NCBI RefSeq assembly: GCF_006345805.1
Contig: NC_043004.1
Coordinates: 104,656,001-104,720,000, forward strand
Origin: Octopus sinensis
Taxonomy: Eukaryota
Length of the DNA: 64,000 nt
Reading direction: 5' to 3'
The position numbers and the translations under genes are program-made. The notes under the pieces are model-generated. The model saw only the letters and a list, made by a program, of their open reading frames with translations. It was not told the DNA's origin and searched no databases. Below, piece after piece: positions 12,281 through 25,108 of the stretch; position 1 is the stretch's first letter; every line of letters starts with the position of its first letter.

Positions 12281-12970
12281 TCTCGCGGGAAGCTCTCCTC
12301 GGTCGCTCACTCTGCTAGAAATAGCAGTCAAATGTCTCTCAGACCACAGCGTACCGTCTTAAAAGGAGAAGGTCACATTCCGTAATGTATTCCATGTTAT
12401 ATATTTTCTTTTTAAAAGGCACCATAATCATGGTTTGTCCATCTTTGACCATTGGATCTTCATTCGGGCTCCGCCTAGGGTAAAACAACAGCAATTATCA
12501 TAACAGCAGCATGTATAGACCCCAGCAACTCTAGACAGCCCAGCAAGTGTAGCTTATTCGTTCGCTGCACCTTCTAGAAAGCATCACCAGATCACAGCTT
12601 ATGGTCTACAAAGAAAATTGAATAATAAAGCAATACAATAAAGTAATATAGTCCAAGATATTCTGAGATTAGAAAAAAAAAATGACCGCTCTTAGAAGAG
12701 ATGGACATTGGATAAATTGACCTGAGTTGCACTAGTCAGGAAACAGGCGGAATGGGCAAGGCTGGAATGATTTCAATCACAGATATGCTTAATGTGTGTT
12801 GATCTGTAGGATCAAGAGCAGCGAAATGAAGAGCCAGGCGTGGCTTTGTGGTTAGAAAGTTCGCTTCGCAACTCCGTGATTTGGAGCTCAATCTTACAGC
12901 GTTATAACTTGAAGAACCCCCACCACACACACACACACACACACACGCTCCATTAATATGGCCTCGGAAT

Positions 12971-13500
12971 GATCAAGTTCAATAGTAGTTTGAATGCGTC
13001 GTGTGTTGCGTTGCCTCCCAGCAGCGGTGTTGCAGGAATACACGAAGATGCAACTGCTCCGGTAGTTTTCCCCATATTTTCTTACTTCTATCAGTAATAA
13101 CTCTTAAAAGAAAGGATTTCTTTGTTCTTCCAGGTCCATCAACAACATCCACCCAACTTTTTCCTTTTTTTTGTTGTTGAAAATCAAGTAGCTTAGAACG
13201 ACTTTTAGAATTAAATTGAGCTGGAACTTCACTCAACGGCTGGTTGCCAAACCGTATTTATGCAATAGTCTCCATCCATAGCCAAAACTTTATTCTCAAT
13301 AGCAATGAAAGCCATGCTGAAAAAGGCACCAACCTCAAGATCATGTTTCTGTACTTGTTGCTTATGTTACTGGAGCATGTCTCCTTCAAATTTTAACCAC
13401 AGTTCACTGGGAGTGGACAGTTTATATATTTTCAATACAACTACAAGAGGACTTCGCAGTAACAAAGGTGCATCTACTGTAGTTGCTTCCTTTTATTTCG
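12971..13500 (-). pseudogene. Helitron Rep/helicase (PIF1-like) remnant
   Basis: Minus-strand peptides across frameshifts: LSTPSELWLKFEGDM...MAFIAIENKVLAMDG...VDGPGRTKKSFLL...AVASSCIPATPLLGGNATHDAFKLLL. These resemble the Helitron helicase motif I region (DAPGGTGKTFL...AVASSGIAATLL.GG.TAHS.FKLP). Confidence 0.75.
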
Positions 13501-13631
13501 AAAGCCGGCTTCACCCGAAACCTGCTTCTCTGTATACATCACAAATGTGACTATTCACTGCTCGCGAAATTTCTGAAGTGATTTCTGGTCGTCTAGCTGC
13601 ATATATTGAGTATCCTTCTGTATAAACATTC

Positions 13632-14401
13632 CAGCTGATGGATCTTTTCCTTTTGAACGGCAGTTTTCAACACAATTTCTAGTTAACTAAAGACTTTTAA
13701 ACTTCGTATACTGGTAGAATGTGTCAAAATAAAACATTTTTTTTGTCTTGGCTTTCTTGAGAAAATTGTAATTTGTTTGTTTAACGTAGTTTAATTTTTC
13801 GAATTTTAACCAATGAATCGCCTCTATTGAGCTAAAATCATTTGCTGCGTCTAAAACTGAGACAACATCCTGTCACTGTTATGTTTACGTTTGGAAAGCG
13901 TGTGTATAAAATTATAGAATTATTTTGTTTGTTAATTGTTTAAATTATTTTCCATTGCTTTCGTTTTAGCCTTTCGTTTTTTTTCTTCTTAAGCAATGGA
14001 AAATAGTTTAAACAATACACGTGCATCTCAAAACAAAAACAAAACGAATAATTTTAGACACACTCGTAACAATTAAATTAATTTAACAATTAAGAAAAAA
14101 AACGAAAGGCTAAAATTTAGGGTTGGGGTTAGGGTTAGGGTTAGTGTAGGGTTAGGGTAGGTGACAGGATGTTGTCTCAGTTTTAGACGCAGCAAATGAT
14201 TTTAGTTAAATAGAGGCAATCGATTGGCTAAAATTCGAAAATTTAAACTACGTTAAACTTACAAATTACAATTTTCTCAAGAAAGCCAAGAGAAAAAATG
14301 TTTTATTTTGACACATTCTACCAGTATACGAAGTTTTAAAGTGTTTCGTTAACTAGAAATTGTGTTGAAAATTGCCGTTCAAAAGGAAAAGATCCCAGCT
14401 G
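13632..14401. mobile_element. Non-autonomous foldback/MITE with ~245-bp terminal inverted repeats and internal TTAGGG-like repeats
   Basis: 13632-13876 is the reverse complement of 14161-14401 with scattered mismatches. The interior has nested inverted repeats and TTAGGGTTGGGGTTAGGGTTAGGG at ~14118-14160. Confidence 0.85.
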
Positions 14402-14841
14402 ATTGAGATGAACAATGAAGACACTTCCCAAAGTGTAATCTAAAATATATATATCTACAACTTTCAACAAGAACACCTTTATCTTTTTTAGTAATTTTTT
14501 GTTATAGACCTTATATGAAATAATGTGATATTAAAGTATTGTTTGAGCAAATATGTCGTCTTTACAAAGCACAAAAATGTTGTAATAGTAGTGTCAGCTG
14601 CGATGAGAACCTCTGCATAGCAACACGGTACTGTGATATACATACATATGCATGTTCAAAGACATATACAACACACAATTATCAGAGGAAAGATGGGTTT
14701 TACGATAAATACGATATTGCACGTGTGATATCGAAAAGGCCAAAAAGTATACCAACACTTACTTGTATAGGCATAACACTGTCAAGGCACACACGCTCAT
14801 GCGTGTACATAAACACGGGTGTTGTATACATGCTAACAAAC

Positions 14842-14891
<50 letters not shown>

Positions 14892-14897
<6 letters not shown>

Positions 14898-15050
14898 TCT
14901 CTCCTTGTTTTTTCTGTGTACCTTTCTGTAGAAGAGCGTAGGCTCGAAACGTAAAAGACTTTTTCTATTCCTGAGCGCTATACTAATACATCTGTTTGTT
15001 TGTACACCACCTGCCTTCGTCTTTTGTTTATTTTCGTAAACTTTCCCTTA
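14892..15050 (+). mobile_element. Short TA-flanked Penelope-like remnant with a minimal hammerhead-like motif at 14922-14957
   Basis: CTTT CTGTAGA A GAGC-GTAG-GCTC GAAAC GTA AAAG: stem I CTTT/AAAG, 4-bp stem II, ACGT palindrome in place of stem III; (TA)n on both sides. Confidence 0.6.
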
Positions 15051-15065
15051 TATATATATATATAT

Positions 15066-15104
<39 letters not shown>

Positions 15105-16548
15105 TCAGTTTCCGTCTACCAAATCCACTTACAAGGCTTTGATCAACTCGGGGGCTATAGTAGAACATACTTGCTCAAGGCCACGCAGTGTGACTGAACC
15201 AGAAACCATATAATTGGAAAGCAAGCATGCTGTAGTGCACCTGAGCACCACACACATTAATTTCACTAGTATTATCGCATAGTCACCATTGCGCGCGCAT
15301 TAACAGAGAGATAGAAAGAAAGAGAAAGCAACTAGATCACTGAAGAGCTATTTAATAGCACACAAAACTGAAATTCCCTTTAAATTTAAATATATTTCAT
15401 GAAGTCTCACACAGCTACTACGTCCAGGTCATTGACACAGTTTACACATTTGACACCTCGTTTAGATTTAAGTTTAAAGAGAATTTAAACAGTTTTGTAT
15501 GTTACCAAATGACTCTTCCATGATGTAGTTCCTTCAACCTCAACACAAGGTCTCAGATGAAGTCACATGTTTGACAAGTACAATCCGATATATGTGTATA
15601 ACTGTGTGTGTGTGAGTGTGCGTGTGTATGTGCGTGAGTGCATGCGAAGGCACGTGGCTTAGTGCTTTTTTTGGATATTGGTTTCGAGTTCGTGGGTCAG
15701 GGTTTCGATTCTCACACCTGGCGGCGCGTTGTATTCTTGAATAAAGCACTTCATTTCACGTTTCCCTTACTGAGCTGAAAATTATTACCATCAACAGTTG
15801 GCGGTTGATCCTACGGCAGACTGTCACCCCGGTCACTCTTACGCCAAGGAAAACGCGATAATGAGACTGAAGACTCGCAATATACCTTAGATTAACTGTA
15901 CATAGATAAGGAAATGTCCCGTCGTAGACGACATACGCAATTTCTTACAGTGCAAAAGTTTTGCGGATCAAATACAAATACCAGTTTGGTGTCCGACCCC
16001 AATAAGACATCTAAAAACTGCAATAAAAAAAGAAGTTCAAAAGAACAACCTTACCGCATCATTAATTGTGCGGGTTAACAAGGGACGCCTTCGGATCCCA
16101 GAAAAAGAGATCCATTCGAAAAATATGGATTGCAGCTTCCGCCCAATACCGGAATAACCAGCAGTAAGCCTGCAACCTGTTCTGGGAGGCGTCGGTTGGG
16201 AGCACAAAGGATGGTTTGTAAATAGAAATCAAATGTTTTTGCAGTGTATTAGTTCACTCACGCCATCGAATCGACATTGTCTGTACAGGTTCACGGGGTT
16301 CCACGCGCCAGATGTCGAAGTGATCGCAGATCAGCGTGAGATTAAGTGTTTTGCACAAGAGCAAAATATACAGCCCCGTCCAGGGAACCAAAAACAAAGA
16401 TCTTGCGCTCGTGAGTGCAACACCCTAATCACTAGGTCATGTGAGTTTGAAGGGACATATTATGCGGGCGGATACCGTATTAGCTCTCAGTTGAGTTTCG
16501 GTTCACGGCTAACCTCAACGATCAGGATTCAACTTCTCTGTCTACAAT

Positions 16549-16731
16549 TACCGTGTTTTAACGTGTATAAGGAATTATTTTTCATCAAAAATTAGGTTAA
16601 AAGAATATGGGAGTTTCTTATACATGGATAGTATTATAATCCTTTACAAAACCTTTTTTCCAAATTTTAAACCCCCAAAATAAGGGCGTTCCTTATACAC
16701 GAGGATTCCTTTTACCCGTTAAAATACAGTA
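16549..16731. mobile_element. pogo/Tigger-like MITE with TA target duplication
   Basis: TA|CCGTGTTTTAACGTGTATAAG at the left and CTTTTACCCGTTAAAATACAG|TA at the right form imperfect ~22-bp TIRs. Confidence 0.6.
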
Positions 16732-16902
16732 GCTGTTTGTCACTTCGTGAATTCTTCCAATGGGTAATTCCGTGTTCTCTACGATGGATGGTAAAAATTG
16801 TCTGGAGTATATATCAATATACCAATATTAATATTAATATCTTCTAAATGTTTCAGCCATTAGACTACGGTCATTCCGGGGCACCTCCTTAAACTAAAGA
16901 TT

Positions 16903-17010
16903 TTGCTTACAGCACCAAGGTTTTCTCAAGCGGTTACCCAAGTACTAACTAGGCTCGTCGTTACTTAACTTCGGTGACTCTACGAGAACCGGTGTTTTCA
17001 ACGTGATATA
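16903..17010 (-). pseudogene. 5S rRNA pseudogene (degenerate, 5'-truncated, small internal deletion)
   Basis: Reverse complement ATATCACGTTGAAAACACCGGTTCTCGTAGAGTCACCGAAGTTAAGTAACGACGAGCCTAGTTAGTACTTGG-GTAACCGCTTGAGAAAACCTTGGTGCTGTAAGC follows invertebrate 5S rRNA. The box C region is disrupted and there is no downstream T-run terminator. Confidence 0.85.
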
Positions 17011-17583
17011 TATACAATTTTTTTCATCTGATCCTTGATCAATGAAGTCGGGAAATTATTTTTGATCTCTCACCGTTCTTTCACTTTTCTGACCGCCATC
17101 TTTTTTGACTGATTCCCTACTTCTCCTTATTTATTGTTTGTTCCACCCAAGTTGCACATTTGCTCCCCTTTCCATCCTCACAATCCCAAGTTCAGAGAAG
17201 CAGGCACTGGGTATCCAAGAACCCGTAACCAAAGCCGAAAATGTCATTTTTCACAAATTACGATATAAAAATAAATCAAAACAAAATAAAAAGCAACTGT
17301 CTGTGTTTATTATTTTATGTTGATTAGATTACGAAATTACGTTTCATTTTAATTACATATCTGTCCCGGATTATGTGAAAGGTCGATGCGTGCTGGATTA
17401 ATGACATTAATTAATTGAACGCTTGCATTTCGTTGACAGAGAAATAGTGTATTAGTAATTAGATAGCAGTAGTAAACAAATGATTTTGTTTGTATTGATA
17501 CAAGGCTACACACACGCGCGCACACTCCTACCTAAATATGCGTAACACATTCACACATGCTTGCGCCTCCTTCACCCTTTGTA

Positions 17584-17624
<41 letters not shown>

Positions 17625-17629
17625 GTTGA

Positions 17630-17792
17630 TTCACCATGATAGATCACTAGCCTCTACACATTCTTTATTTTCTCTCCTTGTTTCTTTCTGTGTTCCTTTC
17701 TGTGGAAGGGCGTAGGCTCGAAACGTTACAGACTTTTTCACTTCCCGAGCGTTATACTAATACATTTGTTTGTCTACACCACCTGTCTTCGT

Positions 17793-17795
<3 letters not shown>
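17630..17795 (+). mobile_element. Short TA-flanked Penelope-like remnant with a minimal hammerhead-like motif at 17696-17731
   Basis: CTTT CTGTGGA A GGGC-GTAG-GCTC GAAAC GTT ACAG; homologous to the 14892 copy. Confidence 0.55.
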
Positions 17796-17838
<43 letters not shown>

Positions 17839-17887
17839 TTATATACACATTTATGTGTGTGTGCGTTTATTATACACATATGTAGAT

Positions 17888-17958
<71 letters not shown>

Positions 17959-18187
17959 CTTTTATCTTTTACTTGCTTCAATCATTGGTCTGCAGCCAAG
18001 CTGGGACACTGTCTTGAAGGGTTTTTAGTAGACCCCATTACTTATGTTTTTAGAAGCCTCTTAGTTACGCTATCGGTCTTTTTTTTTTTTTACCAAACAG
18101 CTGTGTTACGAAGGCGTAAACAAACCAGCATCGGACGTCAGGCGTTGGTGCAGGAGAAACTGAAGTACCACCACACATGCACACATA

Positions 18188-18420
18188 GGCGGCGATCTGG
18201 CAGAAACGTTAGCACGCCGGGCGAAATGCGTAGCCGTATTTTGTCTGCCGTTACGTTTTGAGTTCAAATTCCGCCGAGGTCGACTTTGCCTTTCATACTT
18301 TCGGGGTTGATTAAATAAGTACCAGTTACGCACTGGGGTCAATATTTTAAAGACTTAATCCGTTTGTCTATCCTTGTTTGTCCTCTCTGTGTTTAGCCCC
18401 TTGTAGGTAGTAAAGAAATA
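18188..18420 (+). mobile_element. Family B SINE monomer nested in a minus-strand family A SINE
   Basis: Family B head, body and tail; family A tail (~17960-18140) and head (~18440-18590) lie on either side. Confidence 0.8.
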
Positions 18421-18715
18421 GATATATTCCTATATATACACGACGGGCATCTTTCAGTTTCTGTTGATTAAATCCACTCAAAGCTTTGGTCTTCCCGGAA
18501 CTGTATTAAAAGATACATGCCTTAAAGTGCCACGCGGAGGGACCGAATGAGGAACCATCTGCTTGGGAAATAAACTTCTTACTCACACAGCTACAGCAGT
18601 GTGTCTGTGCTCTACACTCCAAAGTATTGCCCGAACCAAAAGAGAAAGAGTACTCGTTACGTGATAAAGAGATTTAATATATTTGCCGAAAACTTAACTG
18701 TCACTGGTTCGGAGC

Positions 18716-19630
18716 TTAGGACGGCTGCAAAAATGAAGATTGGAGCGAAAGCAGTCAGTATAGGTTGTTTTTAGTGAGGGAAGAAGCCGTATAAGAAATA
18801 CGTAAAATGTACGAAACAGGTGAGAAAATAAAGAAAAATAGAAGAAAAATAAATAATTAAACAGTTAAGTAAAGGTAAAAACGGGGATATGTTTTCGGGG
18901 TTGGAAAGACTTCTATCCATCTCCCCCATATTCTCCCAAATTTGTTTATTTTGGTAATTTTTTTTGCTAAAAATCCCCGTTTTCGGATACGGAGGTTCCG
19001 GAAAATTGCCAAAAATCGGCATTGTGAAATTTTTTCGCCCTCTTTCCCCCCAACTTCTTCAATTTTGACTTTTCCCCCAACATTAACCCTAAAACCCTAA
19101 CCCTAACCCTAAAACCGTAACCGTAAGTACAGAAATGTTTTGACATTTTTGTCCGAAATATGATGTCCATATTTTTCCGCATATTTAGAAAAAAAAAAAT
19201 TCTGAAAAAAAAAAGATTTTACAAAGAATTTTGGAAATTTTTTTCAGAATCATAATCTCCGTATTTTCCCGCATATTTTGAGAGAAAAACATTGTGAAAA
19301 ACAGTTAAAAATGAAGGAAATGGAGGTGGAGGTGGTAATTTTGAATTGTCGATTTTTGCCATTATTTTTGCAGATTTGTATTCCCCGTAGCGGAAAAGGG
19401 GGTGAGTCATGTCGAAAAGAAAAACATTTTTTAAAGGGTGTTATTTTTTTTCTGGTGGGGTGGACGGGCCGAAGTTTTGTCCCGGGGTTTCCCCCTTTTC
19501 TTCCTTTTCGTGCATTTTTCCAACAAAGATTTTATGTTGGAAATTTTTCATATAATTTTTTTTCCACACGAAAAACTAATTACAATACCGTCTGCGTTCC
19601 AATTTTCATTGCCGCCAAACAATCCGTCAC
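18716..19630. mobile_element. Possible degenerate TIR element with internal CCCTAA-like repeats
   Basis: Weak ~45-bp inverted similarity between 18716-18770 and 19584-19630; TAACCCTAAAACCCTAACCCTAACCCTAA at ~19085. Sequence looks noisy. Confidence 0.3.
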
Positions 19631-20188
19631 ATCAAATTTCAAGTTGCGTTCAGTGAAATTTCTAAGCTTCCTAAACATACATATATATAGATATGCTTGC
19701 GCGCGCATGTGTGTGTGTGTGTGGAGGGGGTTCAAATGGCTAAGGTGCTGACTCACGATCGTAAAATCGCGTCTCAAATTCTCAGACTGGGCTGTCTGTT
19801 GTGTTCATGAGCAAAACTCTTTCATTACATGTCAGTCTGCGGTCAGTTTGATATCTGACGCATGAAACACCGTGCATCCATCCATACAGGGAATGTCGAT
19901 TTGATGGACAGAGCGAGCTAATGTACAAGACAAACATTTAAACATTATAAGCAAATATTCTGTACATATTGTTCAACAAAAGGTTGTTGAACCCTCATCT
20001 TTCGTTTGTGGTAGGAGAGTTCATCATGAACGTAGATAAGGTTAGACCACGTCGCCCTAAAACCAATGGATTTTTTTTGCTACATCATGTAGTAACTGGC
20101 TAAAAATTACTTTGGGGGTTGAATATGTCAGCATAGAAATATTATTATATCTAAGTCTCTCTAAAGGAGACTACGGCAACGATACTCG

Positions 20189-20384
20189 ATATTAATAGTT
20201 ATCGCCAAGCTAATATGGCAGTCCATAAATATAGGACGAAAGCTGCTGTTGATTAGCTCCAAGAGGCCATCGCCTCTAGCTAGCTATGTGACACACGAAC
20301 CTGCGTCCTCTTGGAGCTAATCAACGGCAGCTTTCGTCCTATATTTATGGACTGCCATATTAGCTTGGCGATAACTATTAATAT
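20189..20384. repeat. Near-perfect inverted repeat with 78-bp arms and a 40-bp spacer
   Basis: 20189-20266 vs the reverse complement of 20307-20384 differs at one position. Confidence 0.95.
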
Positions 20385-21630
20385 GTCAACATATATGTGC
20401 ATATAATTATAAAAATAATTATAAATAGATGTGCATATAATTATAAATAGACTTGCATATAATTATAAATAATTATAGATGTGCATATAATTATAAATAT
20501 AATTATATATAGAAGTGCATATAATTAAAAATATTCAACAGATTATTCTGTCAAACGTAGTGTTTGTTTATCTATATTGTTTTGAATTAATTATATATTA
20601 TCATAAAGTTTAGAGATTTCGATAATGTAATTATTTAGTTTTAGAATGACATTGTGGGGTTGAGGCGAGAGGCCAGATCTGGTCAGTCCGAGCATAAAAC
20701 AGGTTATATATTTTGGCCAGAAGTGGCCGGTTTGAATGCGAAAGGGTTAATGTCGAGACATGATTCGTGTTTTCATGAACTGGCCTCAAAAAAGTCCAAC
20801 CAATCGAATTATCAAACGGACGGAGTTGAATAATAGGACACTTGTATTATATCTAGACTAAACTATTATTTTGTTATCTTTTATCTTTTCCATGCACACC
20901 ATCTTTAGGGTCTTAGTCGAACAAGGCGACATACGTATCTTTTAAAGCATGGCAATTACTCTATTAGTCTCTTTGCCGAACCGCTAAGTTACGAGAACGT
21001 AAACAAACCAACGCCACTTGTCAAGTGGTGGAAAAGTGTAAACATAAAAATGTCCACGCGCGCTCACACACACACATACATATATAGTACATACACGATG
21101 GGCTTCTTACCGTTTTCATCAACCAAATCTAGTCACAAGGCTTTAGATGGCCTGAGGCTATAATAGAAAATATCATGCCACACAATGGGACTGAAACCAT
21201 GATCACATGGTCGGGAAGCCAGCTTAATAACCACAGCCATGCGTGGACTTGTTCAGATTACTTTCGAACGCGGCCAGTGTAAGTGCCTGTGGTCAGCAAA
21301 ACAAAAATTTTAATTCATATGACTCCACACCTGTCAGTTAGGCAGTTACTTACCTTGCGATAGATATAAGACAAATCTTCATCTTGGATCGATTTCCAGT
21401 CTATAACAGGTACTGAACGCTACTAATCAACAAATCAATTCGATTTTATTGTGCTACCGCCGCTACAAAATGTTAGTTTGACCCAGAGCAATTCCTTAAT
21501 GTCATAGCCACGCGCTAGAGACAGGATACGAATTTGCTACATTTCACCTGTATCATTATATTCATAGCGGATAAGAACAACGATTTCCTCGGCAAACGGG
21601 CACATGATAATCATCCAAGAACTCAATAAT

Positions 21631-21846
21631 CTTTTAATCTTTTACTTGTTTCAGTCATTTGACTGCGGCCATGCTGGAGCACTGCATTTAGTCGAGGAAA
21701 TCAACCCCAGGACTTATTCTTTGTAAGCTTAGTACTTATTCCATCGGTCTCTCTTGCCGAACCGCTAAGTTACGGGGACATAAACACACCAGCGTCGGTT
21801 GTCAAGCGATGTTGGGGGACAAACACAGATACACAAACACACACAC

Positions 21847-21944
<98 letters not shown>

Positions 21945-21971
21945 CATATATACATATATATATATATTTAC

Positions 21972-22015
<44 letters not shown>

Positions 22016-22175
22016 GACGGGCTTCTTTTCAGTTTCCGTCTACCAAATCCACTCACAGGGCTTCAGTCGGCCCGAGGCTAAAGAAGATACTTACCCAAGG
22101 TGCCACGCAGTGAGACTGAACCCGGAACCATGTGGTTGGGAAGCAAGCTACTTACCACACAGCCACTCCTGCGCC
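21631..22175 (-). mobile_element. Family A SINE, full length, with an expanded internal (TA)n
   Basis: Head ends ...CACACAGCCACTCCTGCGCC; tail begins TCTTTTACTTGTTTCAGTCATTTGACTGCGG. Confidence 0.88.
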
Positions 22176-23299
22176 TATGAGAACTACTGATCAAAACTGA
22201 ACAACATTGGTTTTTTTTTGTCTTAAAACTAACAAAAGACATCAAATGAAACAATGAAGACGATCTCTTGTTCGCAGAGGCTGAAATGAACCGCGGGAAT
22301 TCAAGAGATATTCGAAAAATAGTATATCGTTGAAGACCACGGTATTGTCTGCAATAATCTTAAAACTAGCCTATCTAGTCCATTTCTAAAGTTTTATTAA
22401 GCACCAAGTTCCAATAACAGCAGTGTCAAACGACCAGAGAGAAGGCAAGTCGAAAAGTGTGAGGAGGAGGAGGAGGAGGAGACTTATGCCGCCTTCACGT
22501 AGAACTGAAGAGGAGTAAGGACAAAACAACTTTTTGGAACACTCAAATGATAGATTCCTTGTTTAAACAATACAGGAGCGGTTTATGAACTACTGCTGTG
22601 CAATTTTCGAGCAAGATGGGAGCAAGTGCTTTTACAGTCAAGCCCCAAGGATACTCACATTCACTTTCATGTATTTCATTGTCTGGTAGGAGCCTAGTGC
22701 TACGAGATGCTCTCTGACCCAAACTACTTTGCGCGTTTTCAATCACATTTAGGTAGGTTGACCTACCTACTCGTCATGACATCTTAGATTTTTATCTTTT
22801 TATAATTATCGTTTATTTTTATATAATTATTTATATTATTATCTACATTATGTATTTTGAAATATTTAAGTATAATATTTATTTATGTTTCATTATCTAT
22901 ATTATCTATTTTAAAAGATCTAATTGTATTTATTAATGTTTTTTTATATCTATATTATCTATTTAAGAATGTAAAATTTCTATTTTCTATATTATTTATT
23001 TAAAATAATTTATTATAATATTAGTTTAGCTTTAAAGAATGTTATCTTGAAATTAACTATTTTATCTGTTTTATTGCATATGTTTTATTCATGAGGCCAC
23101 ATGTCGTAGCATGCTGCATTCACGATCATGAAGTCACGTTTTTATTTCCTGGACCGGATGAAGTGTTGTGATCATGAACGCAAAACATTACATTTCAAGT
23201 TGCTTTGCTATCACTTCCACACCTGACCTGTGGTGCACTCGGATAACTAATATGCAATTGGATGGATGGAAGGGGGGAGTGAATACAAACATTTGATAA

Positions 23300-23683
23300 T
23301 CTCTCTCTATATAAACGGCAGTTTGTCTGTCTGTGTGTCTGTGTGTCTGTCAGGTTGTACCCTCACCCTGACCACGGCTTTCAACCGATTCTGATGAAAC
23401 TTGACGCACACATAGCCCAATGTCATAATTCAAAACTAACGCAGCGAAAATTTTGAAAAGTTCCCCCAGTTCTGAAAAAAACATCGATAAATTCGACATG
23501 GGGTCGAGAATCAGAAACACAAACCACAGACTGTCTAAGGGACGCAACTTGACCTTTTTAACTAAAAAAAAATTTGCCATCGTTTTTTTCCCATTTTTTT
23601 GCTATTTTTTGGCTATAACTCTCTAAAAATGCTTTATAGTTATTTCCCTTACAAACCCGAGCAACGCCGGGTGATACTGCTAG
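23300..23683 (+). mobile_element. Non-autonomous Helitron
   Basis: A|TC 5' end, internal (GTCT/GT)n, 3' hairpin CCCGAGCAACGCCGGG about 9 nt before a terminal CTAG|T. Confidence 0.8.
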
Positions 23684-24536
23684 TACACAATAAATAAGTC
23701 ATTTGTGTAACTTGCTAAGCAAGAAAATTGCAGAACAGTCCCCCACGTAGTCCGAAGGAGACTATCATGATTTATTTAGATCTTAAAATATGTCCAATTA
23801 TTTATAAAGTTTTTGATCTTCCCCTCATTTTCTTTTCTATATATATAACTTCACGTTGTTTGACACCATACGTTTGTAACCATTTGATATTACTTTGTTA
23901 TTATATTTTTAAAAGCACTCGAGCCAGGCAATTCAGTTCCGTCGAGGAGCTATTCTTCAACGAGGTCTTGGCATGAAAACATTCCTTTGTCTCATATCTG
24001 GTGTGTCAGCTAACTATCACATAACCCTTTTAAAAACAATTTTGACGAAGGTGTTAACGAAGAGGACGGCGCTTGTCGTCGGTGGTCTGAATGGTGATGC
24101 GTAAACATGCGCCTACTCGAACAGATCGATACACGGCAGAGAGCGTGGGTAAAGAACCTGGCACGGGTGGGGTTCCGATCAGCTTATATCAACCGAAAGT
24201 TTTCGATGGGGTCGATCATTAATATTTCACGGCTATCTTCACAATAACCGGTTTCGGTCCTGTCCATAAGCTCTGATAGCCATAACGCACAGTAACATCT
24301 GCTGGGGGGTGGTTAGCATGAATCAGTGTCAGCACTGGTTGAAACTTTTGGAGGCTTGTGGGTTAATTGAGGGTGATGCAGGATATTATGGGGATGTAGT
24401 CAATAGGACTGATATAAGGCAAATCACCGAAAGAGTTGTCTATAATGAGGATGAGGGCGACGGCGACGGTGAAGATAACGTTGACGATGACAACTACGTC
24501 GACGACAGCGACGACGGCGACAGCGATAACAACGGC

Positions 24537-25108
24537 GGAGGCGCAATGGTCCAGTGGTTAGGGCAGCGGATTCGCGGTCGTAAGAACGCGTTTTCGATTC
24601 CCAGACAGGGCATTGTGAGTGTTTATTGAACAAAAAACACCTAAGCTCCACGAGGCTCCGGCGGGAATGAGGTGGGGCTGGGTGAGGTGAACCCAGCTGT
24701 ACTCTTTCACCACAACTTTCTCTCACTCTTTTTTCCTACTTCTGCCACAAAGCAGAGGAACCATGGTGTAACTCACTATGGTGTGGTAAAACTTTCAGAC
24801 CCTAGTCTAGATTGCGAATCCTCTGTACCCCAGGATGGTTCAGCTCTCCACCCGTTAAAAGCCACCGTTTACGGAATGAGGATAACAACGTAGCTTTCGC
24901 GCCCATGCAACCGCCAGTCTATCGCCTGTGGTGGGGCGGATCTTTAAGTTGCCACAAGAATTCTTAGTAACGTACGAGTAGGCTCCAATTAGAGATTACT
25001 CTTTGTGGCTAATGGCGTGAGTCCTGACTGGAGGAGGAGGAGGAAGAAGAAGAAGAAGAAGAAGAAGAAGAAGAAGAAGAAGAAGAAGAAGAAGAAGAAG
25101 AAGAAGAA
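24537..25108 (+). mobile_element. Family C tRNA-headed SINE variant with a long 3' module and (GAA)n tail
   Basis: Head GGAGGCGCAATGGTCCAGTGGTTAGGGCAGCGG is shared with the 50640 copy; the 3' half differs and is shared with the 29975 copy. Confidence 0.8.

Noticed and set aside
14118-14160. TTAGGG repeats as a true telomere or fusion site
   Set aside because: Short, degenerate and internal to a TIR element.
15340-15365. CTGAAGA-GCTA-TTTAA-TAGC, resembling a hammerhead core plus stem II
   Set aside because: Followed by ACAC rather than GAAA, with no stem I or III.
20534-20750. Possible piggyBac-type MITE ending AAAGGG-TTAA
   Set aside because: Only one end is visible; no matching left TIR.
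22543-22746. Minus-strand peptide APILLENCTAVVHKPLLYCLNK, reminiscent of the CR1/L2 RT N-terminus
   Set aside because: Too short and degenerate to call without a profile search.
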